Below are positions 1 through 12,959 of a stretch of 64,000 nt of DNA, piece after piece. Made by a program: the position numbers and the translations under genes. The DNA is taken from positions 62,001-126,000 of the forward strand of contig MU058654.1 in the NCBI GenBank assembly GCA_013265495.1. Reading direction: 5' to 3'. This stretch comes from Vicugna vicugna. Taxonomy: Eukaryota. Within the stretch, counting starts at the first letter, position 1. Every line of letters begins with the position of its first letter. The notes beneath the pieces are model-generated. The model was not told the DNA's origin and searched no databases. It saw nothing but the letters and a program-made list of their open reading frames with translations.

Positions 1-1596
1 TTATTTCTTATGCTTGATTTTATTTGGCATGTTGCTATCATTTGTTGGATTTCTTAGGTCTTTTGCCATTGAAATCATGAGAACCAGTCTGGGTGACACA
101 AAAGGCTCTGTAAGGTGTTAGTTTCATAACACCTGGAAAGGAATAACATCTCAGCTGCTTTGAAAGGACTACAGTGATCCTGTTGAAATAGAGTTTGGAG
201 TCCTATAGATCATGGCTGTCCTCCATAAATGTTGACAATAGAATGGCCAGGCTGTACCTTTTTCATCTGGCCAGCCTGGGGCAAAGTCAGGATTAAGATG
301 TAAAGCTTTTCATAGCTGTCTTAACTATAACAGTTAGAAGCTTTTCAAGAAGAGTCATAGTGAGGTCACAGTAACTCATTTCAAACGTCATATATGGCAA
401 AATGTGGGACACCACGGAATTGATTCTCTTCTATAAGAGTTACCATTGATTTTCCTTTTTCAAATTCGAGCCTGGTTAAATTTTTATTTGAAATGGTAAC
501 AGTACTCTTCTCATCGTTTTGCTAGAAATGAATGTTTATAATCAAGAATACACTGCCTTCTTTTTAGGTCTGTGGACTGTATTTATGAAGTTCTCTCAAG
601 GTCTCAATTTTGTTTAAAGAAAAGAGATCACTTTTCATCGTCTATGAGATCAGGTCACCTCTCACTTTGAGCCAATTCTGTTTATTGTTCATTCTTGATA
701 TTACCCAGTTTCAGAAATTTTCAACGGATGGAAAAAAAAAAGCTAATTAATATGTACTAAAAAAATTCTGTCAAAATGTCAAAATGGACATGAATCATTT
801 CTGAAGGATTAGCTTGGGTGAAACAAGGGGCAAAAGAAATTGAATTAAAAAAGGAAGGAGGGGGTCCTTAAATATCCATGCTTAGGTTAAGATAAAGCCA
901 TATAGCAAAACGGGGGTAGATCTGTTTGTTGTATTCCTGAGTTGTAGATAGTTCAATTGAGCAGAAAGAAAGTATTGCTAATAAGCTTCCTCAGGTATGA
1001 TCACAGGTTGTCAAGTGGGGCAGTAAATTAATCCACTGGGCAGATGACCACCAAGAGCCATTTGGGGATAATGTTATATTGCAAGCTGCCATAAGGAAGC
1101 TGCTGCTAAATTGTCAAAATTGCACATTAAAACAATTGCTTAACTGGATGTGCTGGACCTACCAGGAATTAAATACTTTTATCTCTGTCCAGAGCATACA
1201 GTTTGGAAGTTGAAAGACCTTAGCATTTTATCATCGTGTGCCTTAGACCACTGAGTTTAGGTACAAGCATTTAAAAAATAAATAAATATTAAGTAAAGCT
1301 TACTTTAAAAAAGAGGAGGAAAAAATCCTTCTCCTGGGCAAGGATCAGGTGGGTGATGCCTCTCAGGACAAGTTTTAACAGGGAGGGTGAAGGCATAGTT
1401 AGATTAGTGGATGAGACACAAACCCTAAGGAGTGTGCACAAGTTGGATGGGGGTTGAGAGTTGAGTTGGAGACCAAGTTCTGTATCCCAGCAGAGTTCAA
1501 AACGTCCTTGAAATAGAGCCCAGAAAAAGAAACATCAGTAACAAAGAGTTGAAATTAAGGGTAGAGAAGAAGGAAAGGGGAAAGCCAAGGTAGGTC

Positions 1597-1840
1597 AAGT
1601 GGAAGTTCGAGATTTGCAGATAGTAACTACTACATATGAAATCGATAAACACGTTTCTACTGTGTAGCACAGGGAACTATATTCAATATCTTGTAGTAAC
1701 CTATAATGAAAAGGAATATGAAAACAAGTGTACGTATGTATGTATATGTATGACTGAAACATGATGCTGTACACCAGACATTGACACAACACTGTAAACT
1801 GACTATACTTCAGTAAAATAAATAAATAAAAATTTAAAAA
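1597..1840 (+). mobile_element. 5'-truncated L1 3'UTR (cetartiodactyl/camelid type)
   Basis: gagatttgcaga...agcacagggaactatattcaatatcttgt...acaccagacattgacacaacactgtaaactgactatacttca followed by an A-rich tail. Confidence 0.9.
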
Positions 1841-1931
1841 TCAAGGAAAAAAGTGAAGTGGGAAGGGGGGCATGGTCCTCAGCAACTGCTTCACACAGAG
1901 GCTGTTGTTTCTGGTGCATTGGAAACTAAGT

Positions 1932-1957
1932 AAAACAAACAAACAAACAAACAAAAA
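1932..1957. repeat. (AAAC)n microsatellite
   Basis: Seen directly in the sequence. Confidence 0.9.
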
Positions 1958-2729
1958 CACTAAAAGGTTTGACCCAAATCAAATGGGATCTATTTTCTGT
2001 GTAATAGAATCACTGAACTCATGCTGCGCTTCAAGCCTACATTAAGGTCTTCGATGAAGGGGTTCTTTATGGCTCTTGAATTGCTAAGTCTCACCTGCAT
2101 TGAAACACAAAGTTGTAAGCATAGGAGAATGAATCCTAGTGGTTTACCTCTTGCTTCTTATTGCTTCTGGACGTCTTAACAGAAGTTGGCATTAATGGAG
2201 GTGCTGGGACTGAACTTAACATCTTATTAAGGTGTCTGTAGAGTCCATGACATACAAAAGAACAGTGGATATATATATTTTTTTCCAAACAGTGCAGTCA
2301 AAGGATAACAGGACTGTGTCTAGCCAACTTTTGACAACAGTAAATTTTCTCAAGAGAAGTATAAAGGAAAAAATTGGCCTTCGGTCTCCTTTTTGAGGAG
2401 GATGGATGTGCTGTGGTTGTTTCACAGTGCAATCAAATGCCAAGTGTTAGGCAGCTCGAAAGTCATTGTGAACCTGTTAGGGATACTTAGTTGTTGGAGA
2501 ATCTGGTTTTGGTGTTATTTGAGTATTTATGAATTTCAAGGATAGCAATAACTATTACTTATTGAAATGTTACTCTAGCTCATGCGAAGAATTTGACATT
2601 GATGATGTCACTCAATCGTCATGGCCACTCTGTGAGTTGGTTCTTATCCTTATTTCACAGACTTTCCAAATTTATGCAACGAGTAAATACAATACCACGA
2701 TGCTTCCTTCTATTAAATATCAAGAACTG

Positions 2730-3345
2730 TTTTTTTTATTTTATTGATAGATTTTATGTCTTAGACAATTTTAGGTTCACAGGAAAATTAAACAAAGTAC
2801 AGAGTTCTTAGGCACTTCCTCCTCCTCAACACATAGTTTGACTGGACATAGTACGTTTGTTACAATTGATGAAGCCATGACACACTGTTCTTAATTAAAG
2901 TTCAAAGTTACTACTAGGGTTCACTCTTGGTCTTGTATACAGTTCTGTGGGTTTTCGCAAATGTATAACGACATGTATGGGCAATTACAGTTTTATACAG
3001 AATATTTTCATTGCCCTAAAAACACCCTGTACTCTACCTCCTCATCCCTCTCTACCTCTTCTCTAGCCCCCAGCAACCGCTAAGCTCTGTACTATCTCCA
3101 TCGTTCTGCCTTTTCCAGAATGTCTTATAGTTGGAATCACACAGTATGTAGTCTTTTCAGTCTGTTATCTTTCACTTAGTAATGTACATTTAAAGCTCTA
3201 CGTGTCTTTTCATGGCTTGATAGCTCATTTCTTTTCAGTGCTGGATAATATCCCATTGTACGGATGCATCAGACTTTATTTATCCATCACCAACTGAAAG
3301 ACATCTTGGTTGCTTACATGTGTTGGCAATTTATGAATTATAAAA
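2730..3345 (-). mobile_element. Old L1 3' end (L1MC-like)
   Basis: Starts with poly-T; tagggttcactcttgg...gttctgtgggtttt...ttggaatcacacagtatgtagtc...tttcacttagtaatg is typical of L1MC 3'UTR. Confidence 0.85.
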
Positions 3346-5571
3346 GAACAGCTTTTTCTCTATGTAATTGTGATCTGCGTTACTGGCTTTTCATCATGTT
3401 ATCTTGAATCGTGTGTACCTGTGTATATGTATATAACCGTTACAACATTCTATTAAATAATTTATTAAATACACACTATCCAATTCTATAGTTTGACTTT
3501 TAGCATTTAAGACTTTCAGCTTAACATATAAGGAATTGAATGGACGTGTGCAAAAAATTGGATGGCCAAGTAAAAGCATACAACTATTTTTTATGTTTGC
3601 AAAAAAAAATGCAAGTTAAAAGTATATGGAGAATTACTTTTTGATAATGAAAAAAAACAATGTTAAAAGTGTTTAATATAGTAGTAAAAGTACTACAAGC
3701 AAAAATTTTTCTAGACATGAAAATTCAGATTTAGAATAAGAATCAGAGGAAAAAGCCGTCTAATTTTTTCAAGGGATACTTGATTATAATGGAAATTTAG
3801 CTTGACAAAGTTGCAGAAAGATGAGGACATTTGAAGTAGAAGGGAAGGATATCATATATCCATGAAATAATTCATGTTTATAGTGCCGGAATAACTCTAT
3901 AAGTCACATTTCTTTGTGTAGACCACCTGTAATGTACTGAAGACTTAGACACCTCACAAAGAGCACCTTCTCAGGCATGCAGACAAGGATGTTACCTTTC
4001 TAATCAAAGATAAACTGGTGCATAGGAGGAATATATGGTTTGTTCTCGGAAAAAAAAATACCTTTAAGATGATGCTGATTTTTATGGGGATCAAAAACCG
4101 AAGCAAATAAACAAACAAAATAAACACACACAGAGAGACACAACAGAGAAGAATGCAAATCTAATGACTTCTAAATGCTGGTAGTAGGTTACTCACAAAA
4201 TATCTGGAAATATTTTCCTTCGGATTCTCTACCTTTGATCATAAAAACAATTACTTTCCAAAGTTTTTACAAATAAGAAAAGAGCATATAGATACGCGTA
4301 GCCAAAATATAGCCAGAAGGATAAATGTATTAAACCGAATCCAAAGTATACTCAGAGTATTTTCTTCACATGCAAGGCAAATCACAGTGATGGTTTGGAC
4401 GTATCAGCCAAATCAAGTTCCCAGATTAAATTAGATGAAAATTGTGAAGTTATCTTTTTTGCATCCACTCCTCCTTTACTGGAAAAATGGTGCTCCCTGC
4501 TTTGCTCATTATCGTATCCTTTGTGCCTAGATGACAGCTTGGCGTGGAATAGGTTCTCACTCACTAGTTGATTAACCAAATGTTTCTATGCAAGTGCAAG
4601 TCTCACAATCACGGAGACAGAGAAGAGGTGTCTACTGTGCCTACTCCATGTCCAGAAGCCTGTCCTTAGTGTTACCTTCACATTAGGGTACCATATATCT
4701 TCATAGAGTATTAGTTTGCAAGGTTAGTGGTAAATATTCAATCTGTCCGAGCTATCTCCAGTGCAAATAAAAGATGTGCAGTCTGTGTAAGCCAGTAAAA
4801 AAAAAAATCCAAAATTACAGACTAATGGATATTGTCCTCGTGGCTCACTGCTTTCCAAATGCAGATCTTGGCTAAAGATCATGTGTACATATGATAATCA
4901 TATGCCCATACAGAAATGACATCCAATTTCCAGTATAAGCACTCACACAGTAGCATTTGTCATTAGAGGAGCTAGCGTCAGGCGAGGGAGGAAACACAAC
5001 GTAGCCACGCTGGAGAGGATGGGGACCTCTGACCCAGTGTCCTATGTCTGTGCTATCACGCTTTCTCCATTTCTCTCTCTCCTACACTCACTGTCTCTGG
5101 GGATCGAGACCAATTCACAGAGTGGTACTGCCTTTAGGAAAAAAAAAATCAATGACCTATTCTCTTGGTCAGAGCATGAAGTGTTGTGATGGCAGTCAGC
5201 ACAGCAGGAGATACAGAGGAAAATGAAATAAAAGGATGCAATAGCAAGGGATGGGGGATATAATTATGCTTGCAGAAAAGTCCGTTCAATAAGTAGATTG
5301 CTGGGGAGTGGCAGAGGCTAGCTTTTCATACATATGAGATTGGAATTGGGTTGAAAAATCAGGATGCTGAAGCTCTTTCTCTGAGTCACGAAAACATGAT
5401 AACAGAGCATATTTCCATCTCCGTTGCTACCGGCCATTTGCCAATCACCTAATTACACTTCGTAGAAGGGGCTGCAGCCAAAGTTCTCCGGGTGCTGACA
5501 GCCTGGGTGAGGTTTCTGTGGGGCTCATCTGCTTTGTTTTGTGAAGTCAAACTAGTTTTAGGGAACTGAGT

Positions 5572-5718
5572 AAGAAAAGGAAAGGAAGGAAGGAAGGAAA
5601 CAAGGAAGGGAGGAAAGAGGGAGGGAGGGAAGGAGGGAAGGATGGGGGGAAGGAAGAAAAGAGGGAAGGAGGGAGAGAAAGCAAGGCAAGAAGGAGAAAG
5701 AAGAAAGACAGGGAGAGA
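5572..5718. repeat. Purine-rich (GGAA/GGGA)n low-complexity tract
   Basis: About 150 bp almost entirely G/A on the + strand. Confidence 0.95.
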
Positions 5719-6649
5719 CCAGAACAGGCTGTTCGTGTCCGGGAGGAAACATGCATCTGGCTCAGCCGAAGCCTTGGAAACTCGGCCACTCCCCTTTAGC
5801 CATTACAGAAGGAGACCTGCCAAGATGAGAAATTACCCCAGGAGGGGCTGGTTATTAGGAGTAATTGTCTTGAACCGGAGCAGTGGAGCAGGTATGCCAG
5901 GCATAGCCAGGTGGAGATAATGAGCAGTCCTTACTGCTTTTTTTTTTTTTTTTCCTAAAGAAAAGTAGAAATTTAAGCCATGCTACCAACACTTCCACCC
6001 CAATTTCGGAAACTCGAAGCAAGACAAAATAATGACGTTTCAGTTTGTGTATGATTTGCATTAAAGGCAGGTTAGGTTTTACTTTTTGACGTTTATACTG
6101 ACCACTAGCTTCTTCTTTGACACATTTAGATTCCTATCAACTTTTTAGGAAATTACTTATGGATCAAGCGATAACTTCAGAGGCATGGATGTTAAGGTCG
6201 AAAGAAGAGCCTGGATGTGTCCCTCTGTAAAATGTTACTTGTTGACAATGGTTACTTTTCAAAATGAAATAATGGTCCCTGTCACTGAGCTGAAAAACAA
6301 AGGGTTTCAGGCGATACATGTATGCTGTTGTGTTATCTACACAATTTCACGTGGCCATGTGTTAATTAGTGTGTGCACCACTCCCTAAAATCCCTTTGCT
6401 CTTTTTCTTGATTTTTCTCACGTGGAGTCAAGAGTAATGATGGTCAGTTGAGCCCTGATGCTATTTTCCCGCAATTGTATTCACAGTCCTTGTGCATATC
6501 CTGGGTCCTTCAAATTCAGATGCGCTGTAGGTCATCTTCTTTGTATGACTTATCAGCAATATTCTCCAGTTCATTGCCTATTGACCATTCCTTCCTGGAA
6601 GTCAAATGGAAATTAGACATTTATTAATAAAACTCTTTGTATACCTGTT

Positions 6650-7069
6650 ACAAGTTTCCCATTGGTGCTATAAGAAACAGTGCCTTAAAACAAAATGAGT
6701 TTGTTATCTTGCTTTTCTAAAGATGGGAAACGGGTTGGAAGGGCTATGTCCTTTCAGAGGTTCTAAGGGAGAATCATTTCCTTGCCTTTCCCAGCCTGCG
6801 AAGGTTGCCCTCACTCCTTGTCTCTGGGTCTCACACCATGTGAACGTCTGTGTCCATCATCACGCCTACTTCTCTGACTCTGACCCTGACCCCCCGCCTC
6901 CATCCATAAGGACCCTTGTGATTACACTCGGCCCACCCAGATAATGCAGAATAATCTCTTCATCTGAACAATGCTTAATGTAATCATAGCTGCAAAATCC
7001 CTGTGCCATGTAACATGTTCATAGATTAGCATGTAGACATCTTTGGGGGCCACGATTCTGCCTAGCACA
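6650..7069 (-). mobile_element. MaLR solo LTR (MLT1C/D-like)
   Basis: gggagaatcatttccttgcctttcccagc...ataaggacccttgtgattacac...cccacccagataat...gacatctttgggggccacgattctgcctagcaca. Confidence 0.85.
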
Positions 7070-7260
7070 GCATTCAACATTCAAACAAATAAATGAGTTG
7101 TTTTTTTTTTTTATCTTTAGCACATTCTGTTAAGGAAAAAAAGAGAGAGACTTTGTTTTCCTTTCAAGTTCACATAAAAGCATACTTTAGTTTGTGTAAG
7201 TGTGTTAAAAATAGGAATGTGACTTTCTGAAGACATAACTTTCAGTATATAAGAAGCCAT

Positions 7261-7465
7261 TTTTTTAAACATTTTTTATTGATTTATAATCATTTTACAA
7301 TGTTGTGTCAAATTCCAGTGGTCAGCACAATTTTTCAGTCATTCATGGACATATACACACTCATTGTCACATTTTTTTCTCTGTGAGTTATCATAACATT
7401 TTGTGTATATTTCCCTGTGCTATACAGTGTAATCTTGTTTATCTGTTCTACAATTTTAAAATCCC
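7261..7465 (-). mobile_element. Young camelid-type L1 3' end with 9-bp TSD
   Basis: agaagccat at 7252-7260 and 7466-7474; poly-T at the left; closely matches the 30625-30835 tail. Confidence 0.95.
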
Positions 7466-9129
7466 AGAAGCCATGTATTCAGCACCTCTCATGTACCCAA
7501 GGCACTCAACACTGGGGCTAGGCCTGGATTGGTCCCCAGTTGTCTTTGGGAATGCCAAGGGCTTTGGTTTTTTAAGCTTCTTTAAGAACGCATGAACATT
7601 TAAATAAATAGAAGGGAAAATACAGCTGTATCTTATTGTAAGGGCACTTAAAGAGTTGAGTGCCTTTCATTATAGATCCAGTGTTTAGTGTGGTGGTTCT
7701 ATGGTGGGTCTTTATCCAGAGTTTTCATTGATACACTGATGATGAAATCATTGTGCCTTGACCCCAGTTCTCTTGTGGTCACCCAAAATTTCATTTTAAT
7801 GATTTGGTGAAGAGAAACATGGCAAGGCCTTAGAATTATTGGTGTCCTCTGGTAGACCTCTGGTGGAGTAGAGCCTTGGAAAAGAAGAAGCCTTTGCCAA
7901 AAGACAACTCTGGTGGGTGTCAACTCCCAAAGGCAGGAGGGCTTTGCCAGTTGAGACCATTCACAAGAGAAATGTGGCTAGTGCCTAGGAATGGAACTCA
8001 AGAGGAAGGAGCTACCAAAATCAGGGTGGCAACAAAATATGATTGGTTTCAAATAAATGCTAAAAAGGAAAGTAAGACTGGAGCTCAGTGGAGCTGATGG
8101 AAATGATTCTGGGAGGGGTTGGGAAGATGATATCTCAGTGAGCAGCAGGTGACAAGAGGAATCTTGCATCCTCCCTGGAGGGGATGGAGGTCAAGGAAGA
8201 ACCAAGGACCAAGATTGTAACTTGAATCACGACATAAAACTCAGACCCACTGAGGAAGACAGAAGTTGACTTGACTGTCTTAGGAAGTATTTGTAAACTG
8301 CAGCTCTGACCTTCGAAGAAATGATGCCTCTACCTCATCGGAAACGGTAATTTAGAAATGGACTAACCTGGAAACAATTGGTACAGCTTGCTGGGTATTC
8401 ATGTCATCATCGGTGAACAGACAGACTGTCAGAAAGCAAGGGCAACACTGAGCACATTCAATTATCCCAAAGCCTTTGTCTCCTAAGGCAGAGATGAGGG
8501 GGCATGTTGAGGGAAGTGATTTGTTCATATCCTCAAAGTCTGTGTCCTGGATCTTAACTAAAGTCACTGTCTCTTTAAACAGGCAACGTGGGCTTAGACT
8601 GTGTCCAACAGAGAGCAGAGGCCCTGTCTAATTTGGAAGAGTGCAGGCGTCCTTGTCAAAGCCAGGAGAAGCTCCAATCAGATTCTCTGTCAGAGCCTGA
8701 CCCCATCAATCAGAGTGGCCTGTGGTCACAATTTTCTGGGAAATGTTGAAAATTATCATCTACAGTAAATCTGCTGCCTGAAATGTCTTTAGACTGTCTT
8801 TATTTTATTTAAAAAAATGGTGCACATCTTCTATCCCTTTTGTGTCTTTGAACTTTGATCTAACAATACCTAGTTGAGGAATAGCCCAATTAACTATGGC
8901 TGAAAATTCCTATAAAGAACAATAATTTTTTATTTAGTTTTTTAAATTTATTTTGAATAAAAATGCTTGGAATAAACCAATATTTTGTAAATATCAAAAG
9001 TCCCCATATATAGTCTTTTGAATGATGGCAGGCATTAGACATGGTCCCAGCCCCCAGGGTATCTTGGTATTGCTAAAGAGAGAGCTATCTTTCTAAAACA
9101 CTTCTAGGGTTTGACAAGAAGAGAGATTC

Positions 9130-9330
9130 TGAGGACCAATGAAGAAGAGGAAGTTTTGCAGGCATGGACATTGCACGGGCAGAGATGTGGCAAATAGAGA
9201 AGTTATGGCCCCTTTTTATACGGACAGGTAGCCTGATGTGATTACACCCAAGAATGCCTATGAGCAGGAAGCGCATATGAGACTGGAAACCTAGGCTGGA
9301 ACCAGATTTTGTAGAACTAGACTGACTTAG
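9130..9330 (-). mobile_element. L2 fragment
   Basis: Degenerate L2-like purine-rich sequence (gagactggaaacctaggctggaaccagattttgtag). Confidence 0.45.
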
Positions 9331-9559
9331 TGACAGAAGAGAGAGTGCTAAGTGGCAGATGGACCTGGGGGTAACTAGAGAACGAGGAGATGATGACGTC
9401 TTGTGGCCAATACCTCTGTGTGCTTGGTGGGACTCTGTCTCTAGAAAGGGGAAACATACTCATCATTTTCAGTTATGTAATGCATGTGGCATTAAAATTA
9501 ATTCTTAGATATCAAATAATCCAGTTTGCTTTACTGTTTCTACAGTGTCCTGACCGAAT

Positions 9560-9800
9560 AGGTAGCAGACCTCTGTCTGAACAGGCACACCGTGTAGCCC
9601 ATCTTAGCTCAGTGATTGCGCTATGACTAAGTTCTCCCTTTTGTTGAGCAAAATCTGCCTGTGTAGCTTCCCCACCCTAGTCTCAGCATTGTCCTCTGGG
9701 ATCTCATGAATAGTCCTAAATTCTTCATACATGATAGATCTACGATTAGTTTACAAAACTGCCTAGCCATTTGACATATTCTCCCCCACATATTGTTGCT
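9560..9800 (-). mobile_element. L3/CR1 3' fragment
   Basis: ttgagcaaaatctgcctgtgtagcttcccaccctagtc...gtcctctggg resembles the antisense L3 ORF2 end. Confidence 0.6.
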
Positions 9801-10089
9801 CACAAGACATAATTTAGATTTCCTACACTCTCCTCATGCATTTGCTCATCATCAAAGCCCTTTCCTTGAGGAGTGGACCCTAAAAAATACGAGTATGTAT
9901 TTTATATATTTTTATATATATATACATATATGTATATATAAAACCTGATGGAAGAGAGTAGAATGTAACCAATAGTTCTCCTCACCCCTTGCTCCTCAGA
10001 GATCTCTATTTCTGTAAGAACTCAACAGCTATAAATCATCAAGCAGACACCCCAGGACAGGCACAGAATCGGTCATCTACAAGAACTAA

Positions 10090-10235
10090 TATCTCTGTTT
10101 CACCAGTGAGGAAGCTGAGCGCCAAAGAGGCCATGGAACTGACCTAAACTCATCCACATAGCAAGCAACAAGCGATGGAGTAAAAATTTAAATCTAAGCC
10201 AGCCTCACTTCAAGGTCTACCTCTTTTCATAATGC
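10090..10235 (-). mobile_element. MIR SINE
   Basis: gtgaggaagctgag...gaactgacctaaactcatccaca core in antisense. Confidence 0.65.
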
Positions 10236-12959
10236 CACTATGTCTTTTGTTTACTTGCCAAACTGTATCAGCAGGTCTCTGTGCAAAGAATGTGGGCATA
10301 TCTAAGGGTAAGTTATTCAACTACAAATACAAAGAAATAACCAAAGCCTCTTAGTCTAGTTCATCTTCTAACTAGAGTTTGAATTTGTACCTAATCCTTG
10401 GATATAAGCAGTCATGTCAAATGAAAATTGCACTAATGGTTTTCAGGACATGGTAATGTCAAGAAAAGCATTGGGCTTAAACAGATTGAGTTGGGAAGTT
10501 ATAAAAGGAAGTGGGGCAATGGGAGGTATGTTATTGTTAATCAAGTAACTAAAGTGTTTTTATTTTTATTTCCAGAAATATGCAGAAAATGTGGGAAATT
10601 ATTGCTTCAGGCTGTGTTCCTTGTGCTACAATTGTCACATGTAGAGGCTCATGTCCTTTGACAAGGCCAGTGTGATTCACAATAGACCTGGTGGTCCTTC
10701 AACATCCTGGCAGCCATGCTGCATTTCACTCTTGAAAATTTGACCTCAAGGGCTAGCATTAGATGACACTTCCATTATTCAATAGCAATGCAAAGTAAAT
10801 CTATTTCTTAATAAACTAAGAAAAAATTTAAAATAGAAAATTATTTTAGCATTGCCATGAGGGAGCAGAGGCATCACCAATGTTTCAAGCAAATTATGCA
10901 AATATATTAAAAAATATGTTTGTTTAAGGCATTTTGGAGAACATCTTTTGACCCATGACCTATTCAAATCTTTAGGCTAATGAGTTGTGCTATGATGCAT
11001 TCTACTCAACCAGTAAGCATTTTTCTTATCTACTTGACATATAAAGACCAATACGAATTTGTTTTTTTCCAACTTCTATTTACAATTTCAGAAAACACTA
11101 TTTTCTATATCTTCAATAATTGCATCATTTATTGCTGTAGCCTATATTTTGATGAATATCTGTGGGAAAAATAATTATTCCCACTGACTTATCCTGACCT
11201 AAAAACACTGATGTAATTGATTATAGCAGAAGAAAATTGAGTTATTGGATAACATGACTCTGTATTGTCTCTGGGATTCCAGTATTCCTGTCAAATACTG
11301 CCACTGATACAAAGCTCAATTTCAAGTGAATTTTAGAATAGTAAAGAAATTACCATATGATTTCTATAGTCACTGCAACTTCCACTTTGAAAATTAATGT
11401 CTCAGTCTTAGGCCCAGCCAATATAGGGAAACTTAAGAGTTAAAACTTTTGCCAAGTTGCATATGATTCTTGCACTTAATTTTTCAGCCTGTGCATGAAA
11501 AAAAAATACAACTCTAGGATAGGCTTCTTTGGTTATTTTATATTTTAAATATATATTTCTAATTTCAATAAATACAACCATTTATTGATAAATGGGTGTT
11601 TAAGGTGGTCATATATCTTTGCTGCTTTTAATAGATGGTACGTTGATAATCAGTAGCATCTTCATGTCATGAAAATACAGCGGGTCAGGTAATGGACAGA
11701 CGTGCTAACTCCATTGTGAATGAGGTCGCTTTGCAATTGTGAGGCCCTTTGGAATTCTTTTTCACCTTATGTATTTAAAGTGGATCAGAAAATTAATCTT
11801 TACCCTTACGAGAAGCATGTTTTTGTTTTTTTCTAAGATTTACTGACCGTGATTTGAAAGAGTTAATGGAGTATATTCTCTTTCTGGTAATAAGACCTTG
11901 AAAGAGATGTGACTGGAGGTCCATCACCATGGGACATTAACAACTTTGGGGAAAGGTACTGTTGTGTTAGTTCAGTAACTTCTTGGGAAAGACCCAATCT
12001 AGGGAAGGGCATATAGCAAAAGTGGGGGTTTTTTTCTGCTACACATGAATTTATGTGTGAATCTGTGAAGCCCCGGACATAGCCCAGTCACATAAAGAGC
12101 ACAAGGGGAAAGCAGGGGATGTCACGGGGCATCTCCAGCCCAGCCCAGGAAGTAGAGTGGGAACAGCCAATGCTTGTGAGGCATGCAGGGGCCATCTAAA
12201 GAAAAAGTTAGCCAAAGGTGGACCGTGGCTCTTGCTTCTAAATAATCATGGGTCCATCTGGCCCTGCCAGGGGCAGTTTTGGTCCTGACCATGCCCCTGC
12301 CACACAAGCAGAGCAAAGCTGCTCTTGACCCTTCTGTAAATCATCCTAGAGCCCACTGTTCAAGAGTGGATGTTTCAGATAAAGGAAAATAAGGGAGCAT
12401 GTCTATGTAGCTGTGTCTAGTTCAGCAGCATGTCCCAACACTAAGTATGGCTGAGGAGCTGAGAGGGAAGGACTGACCTTGGAACATAGTGTGTCTACCA
12501 ACACCATCTGACACCAACTTTTTAAAAGAAAGTTACTAACTTGTCCGAGAAAGAGAGAGATCTAACTTACATCTCCCTTAACTCCTTCAAAAGACACCCT
12601 GTACGTTCATAAGAGCTTTTCTGAACTCCTTCTGGCTTTCTGATACTCTATATTTCTATTTTCTGTATCTCTACATATAGTCTTTTCTAGAATACCTTTT
12701 CCTTAATTTCCATCTGGCCAACTTTTAATGATCCTTCAGATTTTGCTCAAATGATCACCTCCTGTACAATTCTTTCCCAGACCTCCTAAAAAACAAGAAA
12801 AACCTTCCTTTGTGTTTTCTCCCAGAGCACAAAGACAGATAGGAAAGAGTAAGCAAAAATATAAAAGTGAAAAACAAATAAACAAAAATACCGTGTGCAA
12901 GCACAGGAAAATACAAGTTGTTTATTTTATGGAAATACAAGAAGTGAGTCATTGAGAGA

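Larger units (their letters stand above)
1..2445 (-). mobile_element. Possible degraded ERV1-class internal fragment (gag matrix-like remnant at ~60-260 plus leader)
   Basis: Minus-strand translation across frameshifts gives TAWPFY...GGQP*...GSL...QLRCY..PG...PYRAF, resembling gammaretroviral gag MA (TAWPQY..G..WP..GS...QL..FC...G...PY..AF). A possible LTR end plus PBS start (aaca-ct-tgg) lies at ~2440-2450. The extent is inferred. Confidence 0.4.

Noticed and set aside
1001..1213. Plus-strand 70-codon open frame with an H-x4-H-x20-C-x2-C pattern like an integrase zinc finger
   Set aside because: Spacing is short, no DDE core follows, and it is on the opposite strand to the gag-like signal; probably chance
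5547..5920. Three overlapping ORFs of 64-92 aa
   Set aside because: Products of the stop-free GGAA/TTCC low-complexity tract
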